Shown: positions 9,982-19,416 of the stretch, in pieces
How the letters are laid out: each line of letters opens with the position of its first letter
Numbering within the stretch: position 1 is the first letter of the stretch
Notes under the pieces: generated by a model
What the model saw: only the letters and a program-made list of their open reading frames with translations
Told to the model about the DNA's origin: nothing
Database searches by the model: none
Program-made: the position numbers and the translations under genes
Origin: Phycisphaeraceae bacterium
Lineage (GTDB): Bacteria; Planctomycetota; Phycisphaerae; Phycisphaerales; Zrk34
Direction of reading: 5' to 3'
Length of the DNA: 64,000 bases
Assembly (NCBI GenBank): GCA_040905565.1
Contig: JBBDRF010000092.1
Span: 64,001-128,000, forward strand

Positions 9982-10506
9982 ATGCGCACATTCCTAGGCA
10001 TCATCGCAGGCGTCTTCATCACGCTTTTCCTGCTGACCGGGCTCCTTGGGGCCGGGGCCTACTGGTTTATCGGCAGCATGGGCCTTGGGGAGTTCGAAGA
10101 GGTGCCCGATTACATCGAGTACACCCTCACCGGCCCCGACGAGGCGGAAGTCGGCGAAGCCGTCACCTTCACCATCGAGGTCACCAACACCAGCCCCGAC
10201 ACCGAGCACACCATCTACAGTGTGGACATCTACAGCGAACTCGCGGACCAGGGCGACGTGACTTCCGCTCCTGAGCCCGTCAGCACAGATCCAAGCTTCG
10301 GGTACACCGAACTCCGCTACGACACGCCGTTGCCGCCGGGAGCCACCGAAACCATCGAGGTCACCCTCAACCCCACGGCTGTCGGTGAACACAACGTCAA
10401 CATCGACGTCTGCATCGACGGCCCGTTTAGCATTATTGAACGCTTCCACGACCTGCGCCTACGCGAAGCCGCCGTCCCCGCCGCCGCCGAATCATCAGAC
10501 GAATAA
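9982..10506 (+). CDS. Membrane-anchored protein with an Ig-like (CARDB/DUF11-like) beta-sandwich
   Basis: N-terminal TM helix; acidic beta-rich VGEAVTFTIEVTNT...LPPGATETIEVTL; AAGGGG upstream. Confidence 0.7.
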   Translation: MRTFLGIIAGVFITLFLLTGLLGAGAYWFIGSMGLGEFEEVPDYIEYTLTGPDEAEVGEAVTFTIEVTNTSPDTEHTIYSVDIYSELADQGDVTSAPEPVSTDPSFGYTELRYDTPLPPGATETIEVTLNPTAVGEHNVNIDVCIDGPFSIIERFHDLRLREAAVPAAAESSDE

Positions 10507-10522
10507 GTCAATCAGACAGAGC

Positions 10523-11269
10523 CTACGCGCTACTCGTGATCGCCCGGCTGATTGGGCCCACTAGATCCGGCACCAGCCGGTCATTCGCCAGGCGTTCGGC
10601 GTGCTCGCGAAGCAAATCGAAGTTCGTCAGCAAATCCTCAGGCTTATCAATCGGCCCCGTCTTGCGAAGCGTCAGCAGCACGCTGATCGGTTCGGTGCGG
10701 AACTTGCCCGTGCGGATCTGCCCCGGCGTCGTCGAGGTCTTCACTTCGAACCATGCCTGCAGATCGCAGTTGTTGCTCAGCGTGATGGCGAACGTCGGCT
10801 GCACATCCAGCGGCCGCGCCCCGGGATACTCCACCAACGACGCCAACGGCGTCCCCGCAATCAGCGCGTCGTAAACAATCTCGTGATGATTGCCCTTGGC
10901 ATCGAGATCGAAACCCAGCAGCAGTTCCTGATGATCGACATCCAGCGAGCCCACCGAAAGGTGATACGGCACCAGCTTGAGGATGAGCCGATGCAATTCG
11001 TACCCCTCATCAAGCGTATCCGGATTCACCGCCCCGCTGCGGATTGAACGCTGGCGCAGGGCCATCCATTGGTACGCCCCGTCGCGTCGGCGGGACTCAA
11101 GCGAAAGCTCATCGCTGAAGCGGCGGAAGCGGGTCATCTCCGGCTGATCGGCGCGGATGCGGTCGAAAAGATGGAGGACCGTTTCGCGCCCGTCGGGCAG
11201 GTCCATCTTCACGCCGAGCTTCTGATTGATGTAAAAATCGGTGCACAGGGCGCCGAAACTGGTTGCCAT
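10523..11269 (-). CDS. Conserved hypothetical protein
   Basis: Well-formed globular ORF starting MATSFGALCTDFYINQKL with genome-typical codon usage; no family recognised. Confidence 0.75.
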   Translation of the reverse strand: MATSFGALCTDFYINQKLGVKMDLPDGRETVLHLFDRIRADQPEMTRFRRFSDELSLESRRRDGAYQWMALRQRSIRSGAVNPDTLDEGYELHRLILKLVPYHLSVGSLDVDHQELLLGFDLDAKGNHHEIVYDALIAGTPLASLVEYPGARPLDVQPTFAITLSNNCDLQAWFEVKTSTTPGQIRTGKFRTEPISVLLTLRKTGPIDKPEDLLTNFDLLREHAERLANDRLVPDLVGPISRAITSSA

Positions 11270-11492
11270 GAAAACCTCGTTTGCGCGTTGCGGAATCCGC
11301 GGAAAATCCAACCCGATGTTTGGTCACCAGATGCGGGCACAGCGGCAATCACAGTATACCGATGCAAGCCCTGATCGACCACCGCGGAGGGGCGATTGCA
11401 GAAGGTCTTCCGCCGCGGCAGGGGGACATGGTCGCTGGTCGGGATAGAATGATTGTGATAGGATTTTCGCTTTGCCCTGGAGAGACTGCCCG

Positions 11493-12245
11493 ATGTCAAT
11501 GAGACTTAACGACGCGCTACACGCCCTGTTCCTTGTCGACCAGCAGGTCCGAGGGTTGGAAGGGCGTTTGGAAGGCGCGCAACGCCACGTCAACGCTCAG
11601 CAGAATAAGATTGAACAGTTCACGCGTCAGTTAGAGGAGCTTAAGGATCAGCTCCACCACACGCAGGCTCAGGAGGCGACGGCCGAATCCGAGGCCGGCG
11701 ACTTTGAGCAGCGTGTCGAAAAACTGCGCCAGCAGATGAACACCGTCAATACCAACAAGGAATACTCCGCCCTGCTGGTGGAGGTTAACACGCTGAAGAT
11801 CGAAAAGGGCAAGGCGGAGGAACGCGCCCTTGAGCTGATGCAGCAGGTTGAAAAGCTTCAAGGCGAGATCGCGGAGCTTGAACAGAAGCTTGCGGAGCAG
11901 AAACGCATCAAGCAAGTCGCGGATCAGGAACTCGCTTCCCGAACCGGGGAAGTCAGCGAACGCCTGCAGGTCGTCAAGGCCCAGCGGCAAGAAGCGGCCA
12001 GTCACGTCCCACCCGACGCACTGGCCGTTTTTAATAGGCTCGCCGACACAACCGACGGCGAAGCGATGTCGCATGTCGTTCAGGAAGACGCCCGCCGAAT
12101 GGAGTACACCTGCGGCGGCTGCTACATGACGATCCCGCCCGAGATCATCAATCAGCTTTACACGGCTGACAAGCTCGTTCGATGCCCCAGCTGCACGCGC
12201 ATCCTGTATCTCGATCAGGAAGTCAAAGCCACGCTGGGCCGCTGA
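11493..12245 (+). CDS. Coiled-coil protein with C-terminal C4 zinc ribbon (DUF164 / HP0958 / CT398-like)
   Basis: Long coiled coil with NKEYSALLVEV; CGGCYM...CPSCTRILY; GGAGAG upstream. Confidence 0.92.
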   Translation: MSMRLNDALHALFLVDQQVRGLEGRLEGAQRHVNAQQNKIEQFTRQLEELKDQLHHTQAQEATAESEAGDFEQRVEKLRQQMNTVNTNKEYSALLVEVNTLKIEKGKAEERALELMQQVEKLQGEIAELEQKLAEQKRIKQVADQELASRTGEVSERLQVVKAQRQEAASHVPPDALAVFNRLADTTDGEAMSHVVQEDARRMEYTCGGCYMTIPPEIINQLYTADKLVRCPSCTRILYLDQEVKATLGR

Positions 12246-12267
12246 GTGTTGAGTAGACGGTAAACGC

Positions 12268-13035
12268 ATGAGCGAACTGCTGGTGGAATTCTGCGCCTTG
12301 CGAGGACAGCAAGCGGCGGAGGAAGGCGCGGCCGACGTCTGGGCCGGCGGGGTGGTCATCACCGAAATCGAAACGGCAAAGCCGGTCCACGCGGCTGGCG
12401 ATCTGCTGCCCGATGCCGAGGCTGCGCCGGATGCGCTCTACCGGGCGATGCTGCAGGCGCTGAGCGTCATCGAGGAGCTTGATCCGGCGGAGGTGGAGCT
12501 ACGCTGCGACTCGCCCACGCTCGTCGAGCAGCTCACCGGCGGCGGGGCGATCGAGGTAGAGGCTGGGCTCGAAGCACTTTTCGAACAAGCGATGCTCAGA
12601 CTGCTGCGGCTGGGGCTTTGGCGCATTCGCTGCGTCGAAACCGCGGAACTTCACCGCCCGCGCGAGCTTGCGGAACAGACGCTCACCGCCACGCCCGGCG
12701 TCGAACCCGCCCCAACAGAGCCGGAACCCACGCCCGATTCACCCGCAGAAAACGCCGCGGGAAACATTCGGGACAAGGTGGGGGGGGGCAGCGGGACAAG
12801 GTGGGGGGGGTGGTCTGTTGTTTTTGCTGAGGATGCGGGAAAGCGGTGCCCGATGGATTGCCGGGCCCGCCAACGCTTCCACTTCGGCCCCGGCACGCCC
12901 GAAGGCTTCTGCATTCAAGCCCTGCCCGCCATCGCCGAGGACGGCCCGCTCACCTGGGACGATCCCCAACAGCAACGCATGACCACCCAGTGCCCGCATT
13001 GCGATGTGCCGATGGACATCGAAAAAACGACCTAA
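12268..13035 (+). CDS. Degenerate RNase HI-like domain fused to a small Cys-rich domain
   Basis: VELRCDSPTLVEQLTG and ALYRAMLQAL resemble RNase HI; C-terminal CPMDC...TPEGFCIQAL...QCPHC. Confidence 0.65.
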   Translation: MSELLVEFCALRGQQAAEEGAADVWAGGVVITEIETAKPVHAAGDLLPDAEAAPDALYRAMLQALSVIEELDPAEVELRCDSPTLVEQLTGGGAIEVEAGLEALFEQAMLRLLRLGLWRIRCVETAELHRPRELAEQTLTATPGVEPAPTEPEPTPDSPAENAAGNIRDKVGGGSGTRWGGWSVVFAEDAGKRCPMDCRARQRFHFGPGTPEGFCIQALPAIAEDGPLTWDDPQQQRMTTQCPHCDVPMDIEKTT

Positions 13036-13841
13036 CCCTCACCGTGAATCAACTGATGCAGCGCCGCCCCGGGGTCAGGCTGGTTCATCAGGTGTTCGCC
13101 GACCAGCACCGTGCGAATGCCCGCCTTGCGAAGCTTCACGGTGTCTTCATGCGTGCGAATGCCTGACTCGCTCACAAGAATCGTGTGATCTTCCACCAGG
13201 TCCACCATGCGTAGCGTATGGCCGAGGTCCGTCGTCATCGTCCGCAAATCCCGATTGTTGATCCCCAGCAGGCAATACCCGCGGTGCGGGAACCCCACGT
13301 GCGGCCGCACACGCAGCAACGAATCCACATCATGCACCTCGATCAAAGCCGTCAGCTGCAGCTGAGCCGCCAGAATCAGCAGGTCGATCAGCTCCGCCTC
13401 CGCCAGGCACTCCGCAATCAACAGCACCGCATCCGCGCCAAACACACGCGATTCGTATAGCTGATACGGATCAACAATGAAATCCTTCCGCAGCACCGGC
13501 AACGGCACGTGACGCTTAATCTCATCGATGTAACTGAGCGAGCCCTGAAAATACTTCTCATCCGTCAGGCAGCTGATCGCCGCCGCTCCGCCCGCGTGAT
13601 ACGCCTTGGCCAGCGCCACCGGGTCGAAATCTTCACGGATCACCCCCGCCGACGGACTCGCACGTTTGATCTCAGCGATCACATTCAACGGGCCCGCCGT
13701 TTGCGTGCATGCCACGAAGAAATTACGCGGCCGCGCCGCTTCCGAAGCAAGCCTCTCAAGCTCATCTTGAGCCATACGTTGTTTCGCCGCAGCAATTTCA
13801 ACGCGTTTGTGAGCAATGATCTGGTCGAGTATGTTTGCCAC
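13032..13841 (-). CDS. trpC: Indole-3-glycerol phosphate synthase
   Basis: IAEIKRASPSAG, LRKDF, GADAVLLI, GINNRDL, VSESGI; GTG start at 13841. Confidence 0.97.
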   Translation of the reverse strand: MANILDQIIAHKRVEIAAAKQRMAQDELERLASEAARPRNFFVACTQTAGPLNVIAEIKRASPSAGVIREDFDPVALAKAYHAGGAAAISCLTDEKYFQGSLSYIDEIKRHVPLPVLRKDFIVDPYQLYESRVFGADAVLLIAECLAEAELIDLLILAAQLQLTALIEVHDVDSLLRVRPHVGFPHRGYCLLGINNRDLRTMTTDLGHTLRMVDLVEDHTILVSESGIRTHEDTVKLRKAGIRTVLVGEHLMNQPDPGAALHQLIHGEG

Positions 13842-13939
13842 AGCAGGTCCGTAAAAAAGAACAATTGCCCATAGTGTAGGGAAGGTCGCCGGGCGGCTCA
13901 ATCGGCGTCGCACGCCGCGAGGAAGGAAAGACACGAACC

Positions 13940-14974
13940 ATGGATGAGCCGAGCCCAACCGCAATCGCCGTCGTCGCCGCCATCGTCGCCGGTGTCATCG
14001 CCATCGTGCTCGTCACGCTCTCTTCCAGCGGCGTCTTCTCACGCAAAGCCTTCGATAAAGCACCCCCTCGCGATGGCTCGCTCGGCCTCTTCGATGTCGC
14101 CATCGTCCTCGGCCTGCTCATCGTCTGCGGCATCATCGCCGCCGCCCTGCTCGCCGCCGCACTCCCCCGCGACGAAGCAGAACGCATCCTCCGCGGCGAA
14201 GCGGAACTGATGCTCGTCGGCATGCTCGCCCAAAACCTCGCCTACATCCCCGCATACATCTACCTCTTCGTCCGCGTCAGCTACGCCATGCCCGGAGGCC
14301 TGCGTGCCTTCGGGTTCGGACTCGGCAGCAGTCCAGCTGTTACCGCACGCATCACCTTGCTCGGCACGCTCGCCATCTTCGTCCTCACCTTCGGAACCGC
14401 CGACCTGGCCGCGCGAATTGCCATGTGGATCGGCGAGCCTGCCCCCCGAGTCGCCCACCAGACACTACGCGTCCTCCTCGAAGCCACCGGCCCGACCGCG
14501 TGGGGCCTCATCTTCACCGCCGTCGTCCTCGCCCCCATTTTTGAAGAAATCCTCTTCCGAGGCCTCCTCCAAACCGCACTCCGCCACTCCGGCCTCGTCA
14601 CCAACCGCTGGCTCGTCATCATCATCACCACCGCCTTCTTTGCCCTGATGCACTTCGGCGCCATGTCCGTGCCCAAGGAAGAGCCCGCCACACAGGCCAA
14701 GCTCACCCTCGCCAGCATCACCACCGTCAATGCGGACCCCACCGACACGGCCACCGAGCCCGCCGCTGACGCCCCCCCCGATGCCCCAACCCAGATTCAG
14801 GCTCCCGAAGGCCAGCGAAGCTTAGCATGGCAGGGACTGCCCGGCCTCATCGTCCTCTCGCTCGGCCTCGGCTATTTGTACGAACGCACCGGCAGCTTAT
14901 GGCCACCCATCCTCGTGCACCTGCTGTTCAACGCCTCCCAGATCACGATCGTTCTGACTTTGCTGCGAGGCTGA
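13940..14974 (+). CDS. CPBP (CAAX/Abi) family intramembrane glutamic protease
   Basis: APIFEEILFRG, FALMH, ERTGSLWPPILVHLLFN; multiple TM helices. Confidence 0.92.
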   Translation: MDEPSPTAIAVVAAIVAGVIAIVLVTLSSSGVFSRKAFDKAPPRDGSLGLFDVAIVLGLLIVCGIIAAALLAAALPRDEAERILRGEAELMLVGMLAQNLAYIPAYIYLFVRVSYAMPGGLRAFGFGLGSSPAVTARITLLGTLAIFVLTFGTADLAARIAMWIGEPAPRVAHQTLRVLLEATGPTAWGLIFTAVVLAPIFEEILFRGLLQTALRHSGLVTNRWLVIIITTAFFALMHFGAMSVPKEEPATQAKLTLASITTVNADPTDTATEPAADAPPDAPTQIQAPEGQRSLAWQGLPGLIVLSLGLGYLYERTGSLWPPILVHLLFNASQITIVLTLLRG

Positions 14975-15014
14975 CGCTTTCCGCTCCCCCCGCTGCCTGC
15001 TAGCATCCTGCGTC

Positions 15015-15569
15015 ATGCGACCCCTCCTCACCACCGCCATCTTGCTCACCGCCATGCTGGCCGCCGCCTCATGCAGCGCCCCCCGCATCCAGACCACCCA
15101 GCTAGGCTCAGCCGACCTCGTCGTCATGACCGACGCCATGGTCGCCTCCCTCATGAACCAGGACGAACTGGCGGAACGCAACGCCGATGCCCCGCGGTGG
15201 GTCATCACACTCGAGCGCGTGTCCAATCAGACCAACGACGTCCTCCCCCAGCGCGAACTCTGGGCCTTCATGGCACGCCTGCGAGCCCAGCTCAGCCAGA
15301 GCGGCCAACTCAGCAGCCGCAACATCGCCTTCGTCGTCCCCCGTGCCTATTCCGAGCAGATCGGCGAGCGTCATGACGCCGGCTCAAACCGCGCGCAGCC
15401 CACCCACGCCCTCACCGCCACGTTCTACGCCGCCACATCGCGTGACAGAACAGGACGAACCGATACCTACTTGTGTGCGTTTCAACTGTTAGATCTTCAA
15501 ACCGACGAGCTGATCTGGGAAGACAGCTACGAAACCAAGCGAGCCGTGGCACGGGGGCGACTGGACTGA
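15015..15569 (+). CDS. Lipoprotein, LpoB/CsgG-like fold
   Basis: Lipobox AAS|C; C-terminal YLCAFQLLDLQTDELIWEDSYE; paralog of 17748..18326. Confidence 0.75.
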   Translation: MRPLLTTAILLTAMLAAASCSAPRIQTTQLGSADLVVMTDAMVASLMNQDELAERNADAPRWVITLERVSNQTNDVLPQRELWAFMARLRAQLSQSGQLSSRNIAFVVPRAYSEQIGERHDAGSNRAQPTHALTATFYAATSRDRTGRTDTYLCAFQLLDLQTDELIWEDSYETKRAVARGRLD

Positions 15570-15570
15570 C

Positions 15571-17274
15571 ATGACCCACCGCCGCACCATGACGAAAAGG
15601 GGGACAGCCGCGAGCCGTTTGCTCCAAGCCGCGCTGCTGCTGTGCCTCCTCGCCATCGGTTGCGAAAGCCCCGGCCGAACCGCCGCCGTCACCCCCTATT
15701 ATCAGCACGATTACCCCACCGCCCGCCAACAGCTTCGGCCCCTCGCCGCCGACCGCCGCAGCGAAGACGTCCTCCTGAACAACATGCGACTCGGCCTCGC
15801 CGCCATGGCCGACGGCGACCACCACGAAGCCGAGCGCTCCCTCCTCCGCGCTTACGAATACCTCCGAACAGGCGGCATCAACGAAGCCGACCGCACCGTC
15901 TTCTCCACCGTCCTCTACGAAGGCATCCGCGTCTGGAAGGGCGAGCCCTACGAACAGGCGATGAGCTACTACTACATCGCGGCCTACCACATGCTCATCC
16001 AGGATTGGGAGAACGCCCGCGCCGCCGCCTCCAACGCCCTGTTCACCCTCCGCGATTTCGACGACGCCGGCAACGAACCGCAGGATATGCACGACCTCGT
16101 CACCGATGCCGCCCGCGCCGAACGCCTCGGCGAAAAAGATTACTTCACCAACGCCTACCGCCCCGTCGAATCCGAATTCGCGCTCGGCTACCTCGTCGCC
16201 GCCACCAACTACGTCCTCATGGGCCAGCCCGCCGACGGCGCCGACATGTTCGACCTCGTCCGCCAGATGAGGCCCGACCTCGCACCACTCGCCGACGAAC
16301 TCCAGCACGGCTCCTACGACACACTCCTGCTCGTCGACGTCGGCCGCGGCCCCCGCAAAGAAGCCTACGGCCCCGACGGCGCACTCATCCGCTATCGGCC
16401 CGACGGACGTCGCACGCCCCCGCTGAGGCTCACCGCCAGCATTCCCGGGCAGGGCCTTGAGCACGTCGGCACCCGGCCGGTCGTCGATCTCTGGCGCCTC
16501 AGTCAATACCCACGCTGGTGGTCGCTGGAGAGCATGCGAAAAGCCAAGAGCGACGTCGGCACCGTCCTGCTGGGCGGCGGCCTCGGTGCTGCCTACATCG
16601 GCTCAGGCTTTGAAAGTCGTGAAGCCGTTTACGCAGGCCTCGCCGCAGCCGCGCTCGGCGCTGCCATGAAAGCCAGCGCCAAAGCCGACACCAGGCATCT
16701 CGAGTTCCTCCCGCGGGCCGTCTTCATGGTGCCTCTCGAGCTCGGGCCCGGCCGCCACGACGTGCAGCTGCACATCCAGAACGACGCCGGCTCCAGCGCC
16801 ACCTGGCACGATCTTGAAGCCGGCGAAACAGGCCAGCCCAGCGTCTACTTCCTCCGCATGCACAACGCCGGCGGCCGAGGCATGCCCCGCTGGCCCGATC
16901 AACCCCTCTACGCCGTTGAACCCTATCAGCTGCGCCAGGGCCATCGCCCCTGGATCATGGGCGGCCCCGACCTCTCCCCACCCTCGCCCGAACTGCTCGA
17001 ACGCTACCAATCGCTCGGCATGTTCCCGGACTGGACCTACGCCCAGTTCCAAGCCCTCTACGAAGACGAAGGCCTCCGCTTCCAGTTCGGCCCCATCGAA
17101 CCCCGCGAAGGCGACGGGAAAAGGTGGGGGGGGCATGTGACCGAGGGGGGTAACGTGCTGTTCACCCCGCCGCCCGGCAACCACCTTTACCAGCGCCTGC
17201 GCCGCACCAGTCATCCGCCGTACTCACCACGCAGCGAAACCCTGCGAAATACCGTGCAAAGGAGCGAACCTTGA
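15571..17274 (+). CDS. Large helical-repeat lipoprotein (COG3014-like)
   Basis: Lipobox AIG|C; WKGEPYEQAM, WENARAA, KADTRH motifs; in operon with YcfL and LpoB-like genes. Confidence 0.7.
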   Translation: MTHRRTMTKRGTAASRLLQAALLLCLLAIGCESPGRTAAVTPYYQHDYPTARQQLRPLAADRRSEDVLLNNMRLGLAAMADGDHHEAERSLLRAYEYLRTGGINEADRTVFSTVLYEGIRVWKGEPYEQAMSYYYIAAYHMLIQDWENARAAASNALFTLRDFDDAGNEPQDMHDLVTDAARAERLGEKDYFTNAYRPVESEFALGYLVAATNYVLMGQPADGADMFDLVRQMRPDLAPLADELQHGSYDTLLLVDVGRGPRKEAYGPDGALIRYRPDGRRTPPLRLTASIPGQGLEHVGTRPVVDLWRLSQYPRWWSLESMRKAKSDVGTVLLGGGLGAAYIGSGFESREAVYAGLAAAALGAAMKASAKADTRHLEFLPRAVFMVPLELGPGRHDVQLHIQNDAGSSATWHDLEAGETGQPSVYFLRMHNAGGRGMPRWPDQPLYAVEPYQLRQGHRPWIMGGPDLSPPSPELLERYQSLGMFPDWTYAQFQALYEDEGLRFQFGPIEPREGDGKRWGGHVTEGGNVLFTPPPGNHLYQRLRRTSHPPYSPRSETLRNTVQRSEP

Positions 17275-17678
17275 AACGCATCAACCTCCCCCTCTCGCTT
17301 GTCGCGATCCTGCTCGTCACCGTCGGCTGCCAGTCCACAGCCATCGTGCCAGGCCAGTACGACGACGCCGCCGTCTACCCCAACGTCACCCTCTCACAGG
17401 ACTCGCTCCAAAAAGCGCTCGGCTTCCAGGAGCCCGCCCTCAGCCGCACCGAAAACGACCTGATGCGCGTCACCGTCCCCGTCCGTGCCCGCAGCAACGA
17501 GATGCTCAACATTGAGTACCGCGTCATTTGGCTCGATCGTGACGGTGCCCCCGTCCGTCCGGAAATGATCTGGACACCGCTTCGCCTCGAGCCGCGTCAG
17601 CCGCAATACGTCTCAGCCGCTGCGTCCAGCCCCGCCGCCACGAACTACAACATCCAGTTCCGCTGGGGCCGCCCGTAA
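17271..17678 (+). CDS. YcfL/DUF1425 family lipoprotein
   Basis: Lipobox TVG|C; IEYRVIWLDRDG, WTPLRLEP, ASSPAATNYNIQF; TTGA overlap with the upstream gene. Confidence 0.82.
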   Translation: MKRINLPLSLVAILLVTVGCQSTAIVPGQYDDAAVYPNVTLSQDSLQKALGFQEPALSRTENDLMRVTVPVRARSNEMLNIEYRVIWLDRDGAPVRPEMIWTPLRLEPRQPQYVSAAASSPAATNYNIQFRWGRP

Positions 17679-17747
17679 CCGCCGCTGCTCAAGCGCCATT
17701 GCCCGCAACATCAACTTCCCCCCACAGAAAAAGATTCGGAGCTTCAC

Positions 17748-18326
17748 ATGAACCGCTCTACCAACCTTTCGCCTCTTCGTCTGACCGCTGCCCTCGCGCT
17801 CGCCTCTGTTTTCATGGGAGCGATCGGCTGCTCCACTACCCCACGTGATGAGGGCACGCCCAAGAGTCATCGCCTGGAAAGTCGCCTGCCCAGCGAAGGC
17901 TCGCAGCTCGGCAGCGGTGATCTGGTCGTCGCCTCGCAGCAGGCCGTGGCAGGCATCGCCGACGTGCCGGAGATCAAGGACGCGCCCGAGCGCACCATCA
18001 TCGTGATGGACCGCGTCGGCAACGAAACCTCCGACCGTACCGCCAATTTCCAGATCTACCTCGCCCGCATCCGCGCCAACCTCAACCAGTCCGGCGCTCG
18101 CCACAACCTCGCATTCGTGGAGACGCGCAGCCGCGCTGAGCAGATCAAACAGCGTGAGGGCATCCCCGCCGGCGAAGCCTCCCGCACCCGCCCCAACTAC
18201 GCGCTCACCGGCGTCTTCTACGACATGCCCCGCGGCCGCACCAACTATTACCTGCTCACGTTCCAGCTGGTCGACCTCACCGACGACATCGTCATCTGGG
18301 AAGACAGCTACGAAGTTAAACTCTGA
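17748..18326 (+). CDS. Lipoprotein, LpoB (PBP activator)-like
   Basis: Lipobox AIG|C; VGNETS, YALTGVF, YYLLTFQLVDLTDDIVIWEDSYEVK. Confidence 0.78.
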   Translation: MNRSTNLSPLRLTAALALASVFMGAIGCSTTPRDEGTPKSHRLESRLPSEGSQLGSGDLVVASQQAVAGIADVPEIKDAPERTIIVMDRVGNETSDRTANFQIYLARIRANLNQSGARHNLAFVETRSRAEQIKQREGIPAGEASRTRPNYALTGVFYDMPRGRTNYYLLTFQLVDLTDDIVIWEDSYEVKL

Positions 18327-18368
18327 CGGCACCAACGTTAGCGGGCGATCTCAGATCGCCGTTGCGCG

Positions 18369-18863
18369 CTAGGAATGCCCGCCGCCCTGCATGGTCGCCA
18401 CGGCATGAGGCAGCACGTCCAGCAGGGCCTCGACCCATTCCGTCGCGCCCTTCTTCGAGCCCGGCAGGTTCACGATCAGCGTTTCGCCGAGCGTGCCCGC
18501 CACGCCACGCGAGAGGAAGGTGCGGACGGTTTTCTCCGCCGTGCGCGTGTACGCAAGTTGAATGAGGCCGGGATGTTGCCGCTCGATCACGCCCAGCGTC
18601 GCCTCGGGGGTCACATCACGCGGCCCAAGCCCCGTGCCGCCGGCTGTAAAGATTAAATTCGGCAGCGGGTCCACGCTCGCCCAGTGCCGAAGCCACTCGC
18701 CGATCTGGTCCATGTCATCAGGGACGCACGCCGACCCGACCACTTCCGCGTTCAGGCGATCTCGCAGCAATTGGGCGACGGCCGGGCCTGCGGTGTCCTC
18801 CGATTCGCCGCGTGAGCAGCGGTCAGAAACCGTCAGCACCGCCGCTGTGATGCGCACAGTCAT
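18369..18863 (-). CDS. mog: Molybdopterin adenylyltransferase (MogA/MoaB family)
   Basis: LTVSDR, DTAGP, GGTGLGPRDVTPEAT, LSRGVAG, VNLPGS. Confidence 0.93.
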   Translation of the reverse strand: MTVRITAAVLTVSDRCSRGESEDTAGPAVAQLLRDRLNAEVVGSACVPDDMDQIGEWLRHWASVDPLPNLIFTAGGTGLGPRDVTPEATLGVIERQHPGLIQLAYTRTAEKTVRTFLSRGVAGTLGETLIVNLPGSKKGATEWVEALLDVLPHAVATMQGGGHS

Positions 18864-18909
18864 GGCAGAATTCCTGTCATTACGTTCGATTACGATCCGT
18901 TACGCTTGA

Positions 18910-19416
18910 TTACTTCGGGAAGTCTGAGGGGTGGGGTCTGACGGTCCCGCGGCGGCCGCCGGTCTTCTCGATGAGGCGGACCGACTCGATCACCATCGCC
19001 GGATCGACCGCCTTGCCCATGTCGATCACGGTGAGTGCTGCGACGGTCGCCGCGGTGTAAGCTTCCATCTCGACGCCCGTCTTCGATGCCGTTTTCGCCA
19101 CCGCCTGAATGTAAACGCAACTGCTGCCGAGCGCGAGCTGAACGTCCACATGATCCAGCGGCAAACCGTGACACAGCGGGATCAGATCATCGGTCCGCTT
19201 GGCCGCCATGATGCCCGCAAGTCTTGCTACTTCCAGCACATCGCCCTTGCCCACCTCATGAGCGCGGATGGCCTCAGCTAGGGCCGTGTTGATCCGCACG
19301 CGCGCTTCCGCGACGGCCCGGCGGGTCGTCACGGCCTTATCACTGACGTCGACCATGCGCGCCCGGCCGCTCTCATCCATATGCGTTAGCTGCACCTGTC
19401 GCTTATTTTCGGTCAA
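18910..19416 (-). CDS. moaC: Cyclic pyranopterin monophosphate synthase
   Basis: MVDVSDK, KGDVL, LIPLCH, TGVEMEA, EKTGG. TTG start at 19416 overlaps the moeA stop and follows GGAGGT. Confidence 0.96.
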   Translation of the reverse strand: MTENKRQVQLTHMDESGRARMVDVSDKAVTTRRAVAEARVRINTALAEAIRAHEVGKGDVLEVARLAGIMAAKRTDDLIPLCHGLPLDHVDVQLALGSSCVYIQAVAKTASKTGVEMEAYTAATVAALTVIDMGKAVDPAMVIESVRLIEKTGGRRGTVRPHPSDFPK

